In this document: piece by piece, positions 50,056 through 58,657 of the stretch | How the letters are laid out: every line of letters begins with the position of its first letter | Numbering within the stretch: the first letter of the stretch is position 1 | From: an uncultured bacterium | Lineage (GTDB): Bacteria; Bacillota_I; Bacilli_A; RF39; UBA660 | NCBI GenBank assembly: GCA_959020415.1 | Contig: CAUERX010000004.1 | Location: 62-64,061, forward strand | Length of the DNA stretch: 64,000 nt | Direction: 5' to 3' | Made by a program: the position numbers and the translations under genes | Notes under the pieces: model-generated | Told to the model about the DNA's origin: nothing | Databases searched by the model: none | Seen by the model: the letters and a program-made list of their open reading frames with translations, nothing else

Positions 50056-50093
50056 ATAAAAAATGTGCGAGTTATTTTACTTGCACATTTTTC
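50056..50093. terminator. Bidirectional terminator
   Basis: AAAAAATGTGC-14 nt loop-GCACATTTTT between convergent genes. Confidence 0.6.
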
Positions 50094-50119
50094 TTAATCT
50101 CTAATTTTCAAAAATACAT

Positions 50120-51826
50120 TTATTTAGTTTTTTCGTAATAATTTTTCCCAATGTATAAGGGCTGTTTATTCTTAACTTTTTCCTTAATTGTATATTTTAT
50201 ATGATGATCTTTTAAATTAAATAAAGTCCCGGGAAACCCTATCATTTCTAAATTTATTGACTTACCTTCAAGATTTTCTAAATTCATCCTTATTTGCCCG
50301 CTAATGGGAAGCTTTACATTAGCCATATGTTTAGCAATAAACGCCGAATTATAACAACAAACTAATAATAAAACAATGCCACAAATATAAAACTTACGTT
50401 TATTTGAAGTCAACAATATAAATATCGCCATAACAATAACAAAATATGTTTGTGGTGCATACCTAGCCCACCAACTTTCATCAAAGAAAAACATCAAAAG
50501 TAAAGTTATTACAAAAGGAACGCCGATAAATACCAACTTAACATAATTTTTTTTCACAACAAACATAACTAAAGATATTAATATTACAATAACTGAAATA
50601 ATAAAAATACCACTAAAATAAATTCCAAAACCTCCTATACGAGTATCTTCGGCCATTCTATTTAGTTCCACATCCTTACTAGACGTAAATGGAATTTTAA
50701 GCTCAGGTTCTCCAACATTAAAGCTTGTAGCATAATTAGCCGTATAACTGAAAATAGAATAAAAGTTTTTCTCAATTGGCGATTTTTCATTAAATGATTT
50801 AGGCTGTTGATTTGTAATAATATCTATTTTATCTTCTCCCATAATTGGATATAACGGATTATGCTTAACTACAATATTTTTAACATAAGAATTACTACCA
50901 ACAATTAGTAGTGCAATTAAAACAACAAATGCAAACGCAACAGTCGTTTTAACTAAAGAGTTATAATTTTTACTTCTTATTTTTGTAATCAAATAATAAA
51001 TGTAATATCCTCCACAAAATATTCCTGCATAAAATAAGCCAGTAAATTTAATATTAATAATTATTATCATCAAAGCTGCTGAAATAAAAAAATACTCCTT
51101 ATTATTATCATTGTTAATAAATAAATAAAAATAAATAACAAGTAAAAATAAAATTAATCCCATAAATCCATCGATATATAAGCAAAAAATTTGTTGCCAT
51201 ATTATTGGAAATAAACATGCAGATAATGCAATTAATAATGAAGAAATCTTTTTCTCATAAAATTTGTTTATTAAATAAGCAATTATAAAGAACACTATAA
51301 ATAAAATAAGTACATTATAAGTTTTAGCAGTTTCTATGTTATTAGTAATTTTGTAAACACTAGCTCCGTAAATCCACGTAGCTTTAGGATAATGCTCCAC
51401 CCAAACATTTTCATCACTATTCAAATCCAATTTTTTTATAACACTTTCTTGTGAATCATATATTGGATTCCAACCATTCTTTAACAATCCAACTGCGAAT
51501 TTATGATAACCGTTTCCATCTGCAGAATCATCGTATATATGCCCACAAATTAAGCAAGCAGAAAAAAATACAAAAATAAAAGTTAATACAGAAGCAATAA
51601 TTGTTTTAAAATTATCTCTTTTAATAAAATATAATTCAATTATAGCTAATATTAAACTTATTGGTAAATGAAAAACTGTTATAGATATTTTACATAAAAA
51701 CAAAATTGAAGTTAAAATAAGCAAATTTACAAACGCTAAAATAAACAACAAAGATGCATTATAAAATATGCCTAATCCTTTTTTAAACACAACAAATACC
51801 ACCTTCCCTACTATGAATATTATCAT
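50120..51826 (-). CDS. GT-C-like polytopic membrane protein, paralogue B
   Basis: 568 aa. HIYDDSADGNGYHK, WVEHYPKATW, NPLYPIMGEDKIDIITNQQPKSF, SPIEKNFYSIFS, DTRIGGFG, SWWARYAPQ. Same block order as ORF 30828..32495. Confidence 0.55.
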   Translation of the reverse strand: MIIFIVGKVVFVVFKKGLGIFYNASLLFILAFVNLLILTSILFLCKISITVFHLPISLILAIIELYFIKRDNFKTIIASVLTFIFVFFSACLICGHIYDDSADGNGYHKFAVGLLKNGWNPIYDSQESVIKKLDLNSDENVWVEHYPKATWIYGASVYKITNNIETAKTYNVLILFIVFFIIAYLINKFYEKKISSLLIALSACLFPIIWQQIFCLYIDGFMGLILFLLVIYFYLFINNDNNKEYFFISAALMIIIINIKFTGLFYAGIFCGGYYIYYLITKIRSKNYNSLVKTTVAFAFVVLIALLIVGSNSYVKNIVVKHNPLYPIMGEDKIDIITNQQPKSFNEKSPIEKNFYSIFSYTANYATSFNVGEPELKIPFTSSKDVELNRMAEDTRIGGFGIYFSGIFIISVIVILISLVMFVVKKNYVKLVFIGVPFVITLLLMFFFDESWWARYAPQTYFVIVMAIFILLTSNKRKFYICGIVLLLVCCYNSAFIAKHMANVKLPISGQIRMNLENLEGKSINLEMIGFPGTLFNLKDHHIKYTIKEKVKNKQPLYIGKNYYEKTK

Positions 51827-51869
51827 TATATCAATTATAATTTAAAAAGTAAATTCTTTCCTATTGACA

Positions 51870-51900
51870 AAAATAGAAAACGTTTTATGTTTTCTATTTT
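51870..51900 (-). terminator. Terminator after the GH73 autolysin gene
   Basis: Minus strand AAATAGAAAAC-ataaaac-GTTTTCTATTT followed by a T-run. Confidence 0.6.
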
Positions 51901-54900
51901 AACTTACAATTAATTCAATTCTATTATTTTTAGAAGTATTTACTTTTACTTCATAAGTTTTATTTCCAATCGTTGTCTTAGCTGGATTAATAGCATTAAA
52001 TATATCAATCATGTTACCATAATCCCCAATATCTCCAGAAATTGTATAAACAATAATTGAATATTTTCCTTTTGATAAATTACTAATGTCAATACTACTA
52101 TCAAACCAAGCGTAAGTTTTTGATAAATTATCTAAAGACGAAACTGAATAACTGCCTTTTGAAGTACTTCCAACATCATATGAATACCTTTCAAAAGTCT
52201 CGTTATTTTCTAATATAACTTGCCTTTTTACAGAAACATTATTTGAATAATCAAGACCATAATTATATGATACACCTTTTATATGCATTTTACCATTCTC
52301 AAAAGAAATATCATCATAATCATTTATCATATTTCGATAAGTTGGTGATTCGCTTGTTGTAATTAATCCGCCATCACGAACACTTATCGTAATTGGTTTT
52401 CTTTTATCAGTCAAATCAACAAGTAAACTATACCCTTTTTTATTGTCCTCACCACGTCTATCAATACTAGAATTTAATATATTTGAAAATAAAGCTTCAG
52501 TATAATAATCACTAGTATAACTACGCATATAAACTTGATAATCGCCTTGAGGAACATCCGATAAATCAACATTACCATTAAACCAAGCTCCACTATAATC
52601 GTAACCATTTTCCTTCCCTAAATCAAATGGAACATCGCTTGTCCATCTTGAAACAGGAACTGTATAAACGTCACCTGTAGTTTCATTTTTTAAAACCAAT
52701 TCAAATGACAAATCATCATCCAAAGACTGATTAACACTTAATTGAATTAGATAGCCACTTATATTATATTGACTATTAGTGTTATCCCATTTTATTTCAT
52801 TTAAATAAAATTCATTACTAGCTTCCTTAAGTACCTTTTCGACAACATTAACTTTTATTTTCTTTGTTACCTTTTGATTAGCGCTATCCGTAACTGCATA
52901 CTCTACTTCATATTCACCAATAACATTTGTATCAACATTATTCTTAGTAACCTCTATTTTCTTAGTAAGATCTCCATCTTCCTTATCGGTTGCTGTTACC
53001 CCATCCATTGGATCAAACTCACTATTTAAATAAACGGTTTTATCACTAGCATTAATAACAGGTTTATTATTATCCACAACAGTAACTTTTATCGTCTTTG
53101 TAGTTGTTTTATTATTACTATTAGTTACTGAATAAGTAACATTGTAAGTTCCCTTCGTATTAGTATCAACAGTCTTATCATAGGTCACTTTATTAGTTAT
53201 ATTCCCATCAGTATCGTCAATAGCTGTTACCCCATCCATATAATCAAATGTAGTATATTGAGAAACTTCTTTATCAGTTGCATTTATAATTGGCTCAGAT
53301 GCTCCTTTAACCGTAATCTTAATAGTTTTACTAGCACTAAAATTACTATTATCCGTTACCGTATAAGTGATATTATAAGTTCCCACCTTGGACGTATTAA
53401 CAGACCCTGTATAAGTAATACGATTTGTTAAATTTCCATTTTCAGCATCAGTAGCTGTAACTCCGGCCATTGGATCAAATGATGAATTCAAAGCAATCGT
53501 TTTGTCTGTTGCATTTATCACTGGCTGGTTATTTGAGACATTTAAATCGCTCGTTTTAATATAACCATATTGATATGATGAACTATCGGCATATATTTTA
53601 TAAAAATCTCCTACTTTATCAATTACCGTTACTGGCACATTATAAACTTTAAACGAAGAATTACTGTTTCTAATATTGTAAATCACATTATTCGTATTAG
53701 CTTCTTTATAGACTGGCACATTATATTTACCATATTTAGTAACCCCAATTGTATTGGCTTGATAATCACGTAAATTTTGATTTTTATCAGTCATAAATGC
53801 ATTCCAAGCTTGTTTTTCACCCCATAACGGGTCAGAAGCATATTTAACATTTCGACCACTGCCTTTAGTTCCAGCATGAGTTCCGAAATAATAAGAAGCA
53901 CCCGCTGTCATATAACTATTTAAACCATTTTTTGCATAATCCATAATTGAATCACGCACACTAGCATAACTACGTGCGCAGTCATATGGACAACTGTCAG
54001 AAGCTCCATATCCAAAAACATTATTTTTATCTTTAGCAATTTTACTAGTACCATTTGAACTCTCATTTTTAGCCGTTGCAAATGCCGATAAAGCATTCAT
54101 TCCATATAAACTTTCAGCTTCTTTAAAATATTTACCTTGTCCATATAATTTAGAACTAGTATCTTCAATCTGACTATCTAATTCAGCAGCTGTAACCTTT
54201 GAAACCGATTTATTAGGTAAGAATAAATAATAAGCATAATTAGGATTATTCGCATTCAAACTATGTGTATAAGTATCGTTACGATAATCATCTAACATTG
54301 AAGTAAGCGAATTATATAAATAAATACCACCATCAAAACTATAATAACGAGATCCTATCGTTAAATAAGTAGGTGTTGGTCCTAAGTTTGTATAATCATC
54401 AGTATAAGAAGTTCCATTATGCTTCCCATAACGATGTAATAAATTCCCTGTATCATAGCGATAATAATAAGTGTTAAGCGAAGTTCCAGTTGTTTCAGTA
54501 AGCCAATTGCCATTAGCTACCCATCCTGTAGTTCCATTGTAATTTATTTTATACCATGTATATCCGCCCGCACTTTTTTTCTCTGTATAAGTAAATAAGG
54601 CATTTGTACAAGTAATAACCCCAATTGATTTAGATGAAGTCGATGCACTTTCGCGTAAATTTAACCCACTAGCTGTAATATTAACGGCATTGGCTCCTAA
54701 TAATGAAATTGGTATAATATTTCCAGCATTAATATCAACCCAGCCTTTAAATCCACTATACATCACTTGCACACGTGATTCATTAGAATCAATGAAAGCC
54801 GCATCAGTCATATAAGAAGGGCTTGTATAAGTATAAGCTGTACTATCCCCTGCATTTTGATATAGATTAACCAAAGATGAACTTGGTTTTAACTGGAAAA

Positions 54901-55168
54901 TTGCATATCTCGAATTAATAATTTTTCCGTTTTTATAAATAGATGCCACGCTAGTACTAGTCGAATTCTGAGCATTCATCACTTTTACTGCTTCACTATA
55001 TGTCGCATACGTTCCAACTGTTCTATTATTACTACTATTTGATACCATAACAACAGAATAAGGATTAGCTGCTGAAACAGTAAATGCCGGAATAAAACTT
55101 GGTAAAATGATCGCAAACACACACAAAATGCTAATAAGTTTTTTACAAATACATTTCATATAGCTCAC
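51899..55168 (-). CDS. Secreted multidomain cell-wall hydrolase (SH3b, GH73 N-acetylglucosaminidase, 3 Ig-like DUF5011 repeats, 2 uncharacterised C-terminal repeats)
   Basis: Signal peptide. SH3b-like GLNLRESAST...YTWYKINYNGTTGWV. GH73 core FATAKNESSNGTSKIAKDKNNVFGYGA. Three ~80-aa repeats INATDK...TATD.ENGNLT...GTYNITYTVTD. Confidence 0.8.
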   Translation of the reverse strand: MSYMKCICKKLISILCVFAIILPSFIPAFTVSAANPYSVVMVSNSSNNRTVGTYATYSEAVKVMNAQNSTSTSVASIYKNGKIINSRYAIFQLKPSSSLVNLYQNAGDSTAYTYTSPSYMTDAAFIDSNESRVQVMYSGFKGWVDINAGNIIPISLLGANAVNITASGLNLRESASTSSKSIGVITCTNALFTYTEKKSAGGYTWYKINYNGTTGWVANGNWLTETTGTSLNTYYYRYDTGNLLHRYGKHNGTSYTDDYTNLGPTPTYLTIGSRYYSFDGGIYLYNSLTSMLDDYRNDTYTHSLNANNPNYAYYLFLPNKSVSKVTAAELDSQIEDTSSKLYGQGKYFKEAESLYGMNALSAFATAKNESSNGTSKIAKDKNNVFGYGASDSCPYDCARSYASVRDSIMDYAKNGLNSYMTAGASYYFGTHAGTKGSGRNVKYASDPLWGEKQAWNAFMTDKNQNLRDYQANTIGVTKYGKYNVPVYKEANTNNVIYNIRNSNSSFKVYNVPVTVIDKVGDFYKIYADSSSYQYGYIKTSDLNVSNNQPVINATDKTIALNSSFDPMAGVTATDAENGNLTNRITYTGSVNTSKVGTYNITYTVTDNSNFSASKTIKITVKGASEPIINATDKEVSQYTTFDYMDGVTAIDDTDGNITNKVTYDKTVDTNTKGTYNVTYSVTNSNNKTTTKTIKVTVVDNNKPVINASDKTVYLNSEFDPMDGVTATDKEDGDLTKKIEVTKNNVDTNVIGEYEVEYAVTDSANQKVTKKIKVNVVEKVLKEASNEFYLNEIKWDNTNSQYNISGYLIQLSVNQSLDDDLSFELVLKNETTGDVYTVPVSRWTSDVPFDLGKENGYDYSGAWFNGNVDLSDVPQGDYQVYMRSYTSDYYTEALFSNILNSSIDRRGEDNKKGYSLLVDLTDKRKPITISVRDGGLITTSESPTYRNMINDYDDISFENGKMHIKGVSYNYGLDYSNNVSVKRQVILENNETFERYSYDVGSTSKGSYSVSSLDNLSKTYAWFDSSIDISNLSKGKYSIIVYTISGDIGDYGNMIDIFNAINPAKTTIGNKTYEVKVNTSKNNRIELIVS
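52845..53525 (-). repeat. Three tandem Ig-like (DUF5011-type) coding repeats
   Basis: PVINATDKTIALNSSFDPMAGVTATD, PIINATDKEVSQYTTFDYMDGVTAID and PVINASDKTVYLNSEFDPMDGVTATD units in the translation. Confidence 0.7.
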
Positions 55169-55273
55169 CTCTTTACTCTATACATTATAATTATAACAAA
55201 ATTCTACATTAAAGTACAAGAATTAGCCGTATCAACATCTCCGATTTTGCAAACAAATGACAAGTAAATTTCT

Positions 55274-55301
55274 TTACTTAAAAAGTAATGAGTGTTACAA
55301 T
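55274..55301 (+). promoter_or_regulatory. Sigma-A promoter of the CDP-alcohol transferase gene
   Basis: TTACTT (55274-55279), 16-nt spacer, TGtTACAAT extended -10 (TACAAT 55296-55301). Confidence 0.4.
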
Positions 55302-55328
55302 ATAAAGTAAAAGAAAAAGGTGACATTA

Positions 55329-56039
55329 ATGGACAAAAATACTTTAATAAATGATTTAAAAAATAAAAAAGCATGGATTCCCAATAGCATTACTGCATTA
55401 AGACTGTTTGGACCAGTAATAATACCCAAAATGGCCTTTTCTAAAAACGTCGCAGGAACCCTTGGAGTCACAGCTCTACTAGCCTTGACTGATTTTGCTG
55501 ATGGAAAAGTCGCCAGAAAATTAAATGCTGAAACAGAATTAGGTGCTAAACTAGATCCAATTATCGATAAAATATTTGCTATAGGACTATTAGGACAAGC
55601 CATACCAGCAAACCCTGTCATGCTTATTCCATTAATTGGCGAAACAACAATAGGTGTTATTAATGCTACCTCTTTAATGAATGGCGGTAATCCTCGTAGC
55701 AAACAATCTGGCAGACTAAAAATGTGGCCTCTTTCTACGGCTCTTATATCTGAGTATTTAACTATTGCTACTGACAACCCAAAATTTAAAACTGCTGCCA
55801 ATCTTTGTATAGCAGTAACGGCAATTCTAGAAGGCGTAAATATTTACGAATATTATAACTCATCACGAAAAGACCGCCAAACTATAGTAGAAAATAATGT
55901 TTCAGAAGAAACGTTCACAAAAGAAACAACACCAGACAAACAAACCAAAGAAAACGAAAGTCTAAAACCCGAAAATATCATTCCAACCCAAGTGACTTAT
56001 CAAAAAAGAAAATATATTAAATACAACATAAAAAAGTGA
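55329..56039 (+). CDS. CDP-alcohol phosphatidyltransferase family protein with a hydrophilic C-terminal tail
   Basis: Signature DFADGKVARKLNAETELGAKLDPIIDK (D-G-x2-A-R-x8-G-x3-D-x3-D). About 60 aa Lys/Glu/Thr-rich tail. Confidence 0.7.
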   Translation: MDKNTLINDLKNKKAWIPNSITALRLFGPVIIPKMAFSKNVAGTLGVTALLALTDFADGKVARKLNAETELGAKLDPIIDKIFAIGLLGQAIPANPVMLIPLIGETTIGVINATSLMNGGNPRSKQSGRLKMWPLSTALISEYLTIATDNPKFKTAANLCIAVTAILEGVNIYEYYNSSRKDRQTIVENNVSEETFTKETTPDKQTKENESLKPENIIPTQVTYQKRKYIKYNIKK

Positions 56040-56064
56040 TAATTAATAAAGTTGTCAATAAAAA

Positions 56065-56087
56065 GTAGACACTTTTTTTATGTCTAC
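56065..56087. terminator. Terminator between convergent genes
   Basis: GTAGACA-cttttttta-TGTCTAC. T-run on the minus-strand side. Confidence 0.5.
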
Positions 56088-56121
56088 ATTTATCTTACAA
56101 CTTCAAATTAAATCACTTTTT

Positions 56122-57261
56122 TTATCCAAATAATCCTCTTTGAAAAGTCATGAATAAAATTACTCCAATATAGATAGTATATAAAATTACTCCATTTATC
56201 ATTTCGAATTTCGTTGACTTATATTTTATACCAACAGCCATAGTAGCCAAAATACCACCAATTAAACCGCCAACATGAGCCCAGTTATCAATACCCGGCA
56301 TTAAACCAATCAATAAATTGACAATTATCAGTGGAATAATTTGTGATTTTACTACAGTTTCTAAATAAAGACGATAATGATATCCAAAATATAATAATGA
56401 TCCTAGTAAACCAAAGATAGCACCTGAGGCTCCTACGCTATAACCAGTACTAAAGAATATTGAAAGCACACTGCCGGCAAGACCACTTAATAAATAAACT
56501 GCCAAGTATTTTCCTTTTCCAAGAAAACTTTCAAGTTGCATGCCAATTATATATAATGCATAACAGTTAAATACTAAATGAACTATATTAGCATGTAGAA
56601 ATACACCTGTAATTAATCTAAAATACTCTCCATTCAAAATAGAAAATCTATTGACTGCTAAATCATCAGTCAATCCAAACATTGTTGTTAATAAAAACAT
56701 AATAATATTAATACCAATTAAAACATAAGTAACAATTGGTTTTTTCATTGTAAAAACTTCTTCGTTCATTTTCGCCTCTCCTTCGTTCTTTGCCGCAATA
56801 TCACCAGTTATTTTCATAAATAACTCCATCCCCTTTTCCTTAAAAGACATTTTTTTCATTATGTCCGGAAATGAATCAATAATGAAATGGTATTTTTCCA
56901 GATCATTAGTTTGTGCCACTGCTGCCACATCTATTTTAGGAATATCTTCATATTTCTCAATATTAACATTATCACCTAAATTTACAAAAATACTTAAAGT
57001 ATTCATTTTAAAAGACATCGTTTTCTTTTTAATAGCTTTAGTTAATTGTTTCGTCTTGGCTAAGTCAAATTCAAACTGTTCATTATTATGAATATAATGT
57101 GACACAATTCTAATAATTTTATAATCCTCTTCTAAATTTTCAAGCCAAATTTCTTCCTCAAGCCCTCTAATAATAACCGGACTATACTTCTTTTCTGAGA
57201 TAAAATAACGAAGTAATTTCATAACTAGCTCTTCATTCTTAGGATCTATAGCCTCGTTCAT
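56122..57261 (-). CDS. Rhomboid intramembrane serine protease with an N-terminal cytoplasmic domain (GluP/YqgP-like)
   Basis: HANIVHLVFN, GASGAIFGLLG (catalytic Ser), AHVGGLIGG (catalytic His). AGGAGG RBS before the ATG at 57261. Confidence 0.8.
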   Translation of the reverse strand: MNEAIDPKNEELVMKLLRYFISEKKYSPVIIRGLEEEIWLENLEEDYKIIRIVSHYIHNNEQFEFDLAKTKQLTKAIKKKTMSFKMNTLSIFVNLGDNVNIEKYEDIPKIDVAAVAQTNDLEKYHFIIDSFPDIMKKMSFKEKGMELFMKITGDIAAKNEGEAKMNEEVFTMKKPIVTYVLIGINIIMFLLTTMFGLTDDLAVNRFSILNGEYFRLITGVFLHANIVHLVFNCYALYIIGMQLESFLGKGKYLAVYLLSGLAGSVLSIFFSTGYSVGASGAIFGLLGSLLYFGYHYRLYLETVVKSQIIPLIIVNLLIGLMPGIDNWAHVGGLIGGILATMAVGIKYKSTKFEMINGVILYTIYIGVILFMTFQRGLFG

Positions 57262-57271
57262 ATATAACCTC

Positions 57272-58150
57272 CTACTCAAAATAACTCATAATATTTAAAA
57301 ACTTTTCTGGAAGTTCACTATCAAACTCCATATATTCACCTGTAGTTGGATGAATAAAACCAAGTTCTTTAGCATGTAAACATTGCCCAGAATCATCAAT
57401 TAATTTACGTTTACCATAAACTGGATCATTAACAATTGGGTGCCCAATATAATCCATATGAACTCTTATTTGATGAGTTCTACCTGTTTCCAATTTTAAT
57501 TCAATCAAGGTTACCTCATCAAATCTTTTTAAGACTTTAAAGTGAGTAATTGCTTCTTTACCATCTGGATTTATAGCCATTTTTTTACGATCAGCACCTG
57601 ATCTTCCAATTGGTGCATCAATTAAACCAGTGTCATTAGGAATAACACCCCAAACTAAGGCCACATATTTTCGATAAGTTGTCTTAGCAGCTAGTTGTTC
57701 TGCTAAAGCCTCATGAGCTTTATTATTTTTAGCAACCATTAATAGTCCAGTTGTATTAGCATCAATTCGATGAACAATTCCTGGACGGAATTCACCATTT
57801 TTATCACTAAGTTTACTATGATATAAAAGTCCATTAACTAACGTTCCATGATAATTACCAGGAGCTGGATGAACAACCACTCCATTTGCTTTATTGACAA
57901 TAATAACATCTTCGTCTTCGTATACAATATCTAAATCCATTTTTTCAGGCAAAACGTCCATTGCCTCTTCAACATGATTAACTTCAATCACATCACCTTC
58001 TTTAACAATGTATCCACCTTTTGTTTCCATACCATTTACTAAAACTTCAGAAGCCTTAATTATTTTACTAACATTGCTTCGGCTTATATCCATGGCCTCT
58101 GCTAAAAAATTATCTAATCTAATTCCTGGATTATTTACCTGATACTTCAT
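57272..58150 (-). CDS. rluD: RluA-family 23S rRNA pseudouridine synthase (RluD type)
   Basis: N-terminal S4 domain. HRIDANTTGLLMVAKN catalytic motif, GRTHQIRVH. Confidence 0.85.
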   Translation of the reverse strand: MKYQVNNPGIRLDNFLAEAMDISRSNVSKIIKASEVLVNGMETKGGYIVKEGDVIEVNHVEEAMDVLPEKMDLDIVYEDEDVIIVNKANGVVVHPAPGNYHGTLVNGLLYHSKLSDKNGEFRPGIVHRIDANTTGLLMVAKNNKAHEALAEQLAAKTTYRKYVALVWGVIPNDTGLIDAPIGRSGADRKKMAINPDGKEAITHFKVLKRFDEVTLIELKLETGRTHQIRVHMDYIGHPIVNDPVYGKRKLIDDSGQCLHAKELGFIHPTTGEYMEFDSELPEKFLNIMSYFE

Positions 58151-58598
58151 TTTTTTCTCCTTTTACTAGATGAATAACAATTAATACAATCGATACCATT
58201 ATACACACATCGGCTAAATTAAATACCGGAAAATTATATCCGAAAACATTAAAGTCTAAATAATCAATAACATAACCTCGTACAATTCTATCTATTAAAT
58301 TGCCTAAAATACCACCAATTAAAATGCCATACAAATACTCTTCTACTTTAACTAAATCTCTATCCTTAATAAAAAAATAATAAATTAAGCATAAAGAAAT
58401 AATCGAAACAACAATTAAAAATAAAGTATTTGAACTTAAAATACTAAAAGCCGCCCCTGTATTTTGAATCATTGTTAGCGAAAAAAAGTTAGAAATCACT
58501 TCAACACTACTACCAAATGATAATAACCAAAATAAAACATTTTTAATAACTTGGTCAATAAGTGTACATATTACCGCAATTACTATAACCTTTTTCAT
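58131..58598 (-). CDS. lspA: Lipoprotein signal peptidase II
   Basis: NTGAAFS, GGILGNLIDR and FNLAD motifs, 4 TM. ATG at 58598. Confidence 0.85.
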   Translation of the reverse strand: MKKVIVIAVICTLIDQVIKNVLFWLLSFGSSVEVISNFFSLTMIQNTGAAFSILSSNTLFLIVVSIISLCLIYYFFIKDRDLVKVEEYLYGILIGGILGNLIDRIVRGYVIDYLDFNVFGYNFPVFNLADVCIMVSIVLIVIHLVKGEKNEVSGK

Positions 58599-58657
58599 TT
58601 TCTTCACCAATGTTTATTATATCAAAAATTAAAAAAAAAAGATAGGCTATATTAAAC

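Noticed and set aside
55295-55801. 168-aa minus-strand ORF overlapping the CDP-alcohol transferase gene
   Set aside because: It lies fully antisense to an ORF that carries a complete, well-known catalytic signature. It has no RBS and no recognisable motif. Its length is explained by the locally Gly/Ala-rich codons of the sense gene.
58631-58640. A10 homopolymer upstream of lspA, and an A9 run at 17811..17819 in xerD codons 6-8, as phase-variation switches
   Set aside because: Runs of this length are expected fairly often in such an AT-rich genome. They affect essential housekeeping genes, where ON/OFF switching is implausible. They are noted only as possible sites of sequencing error.
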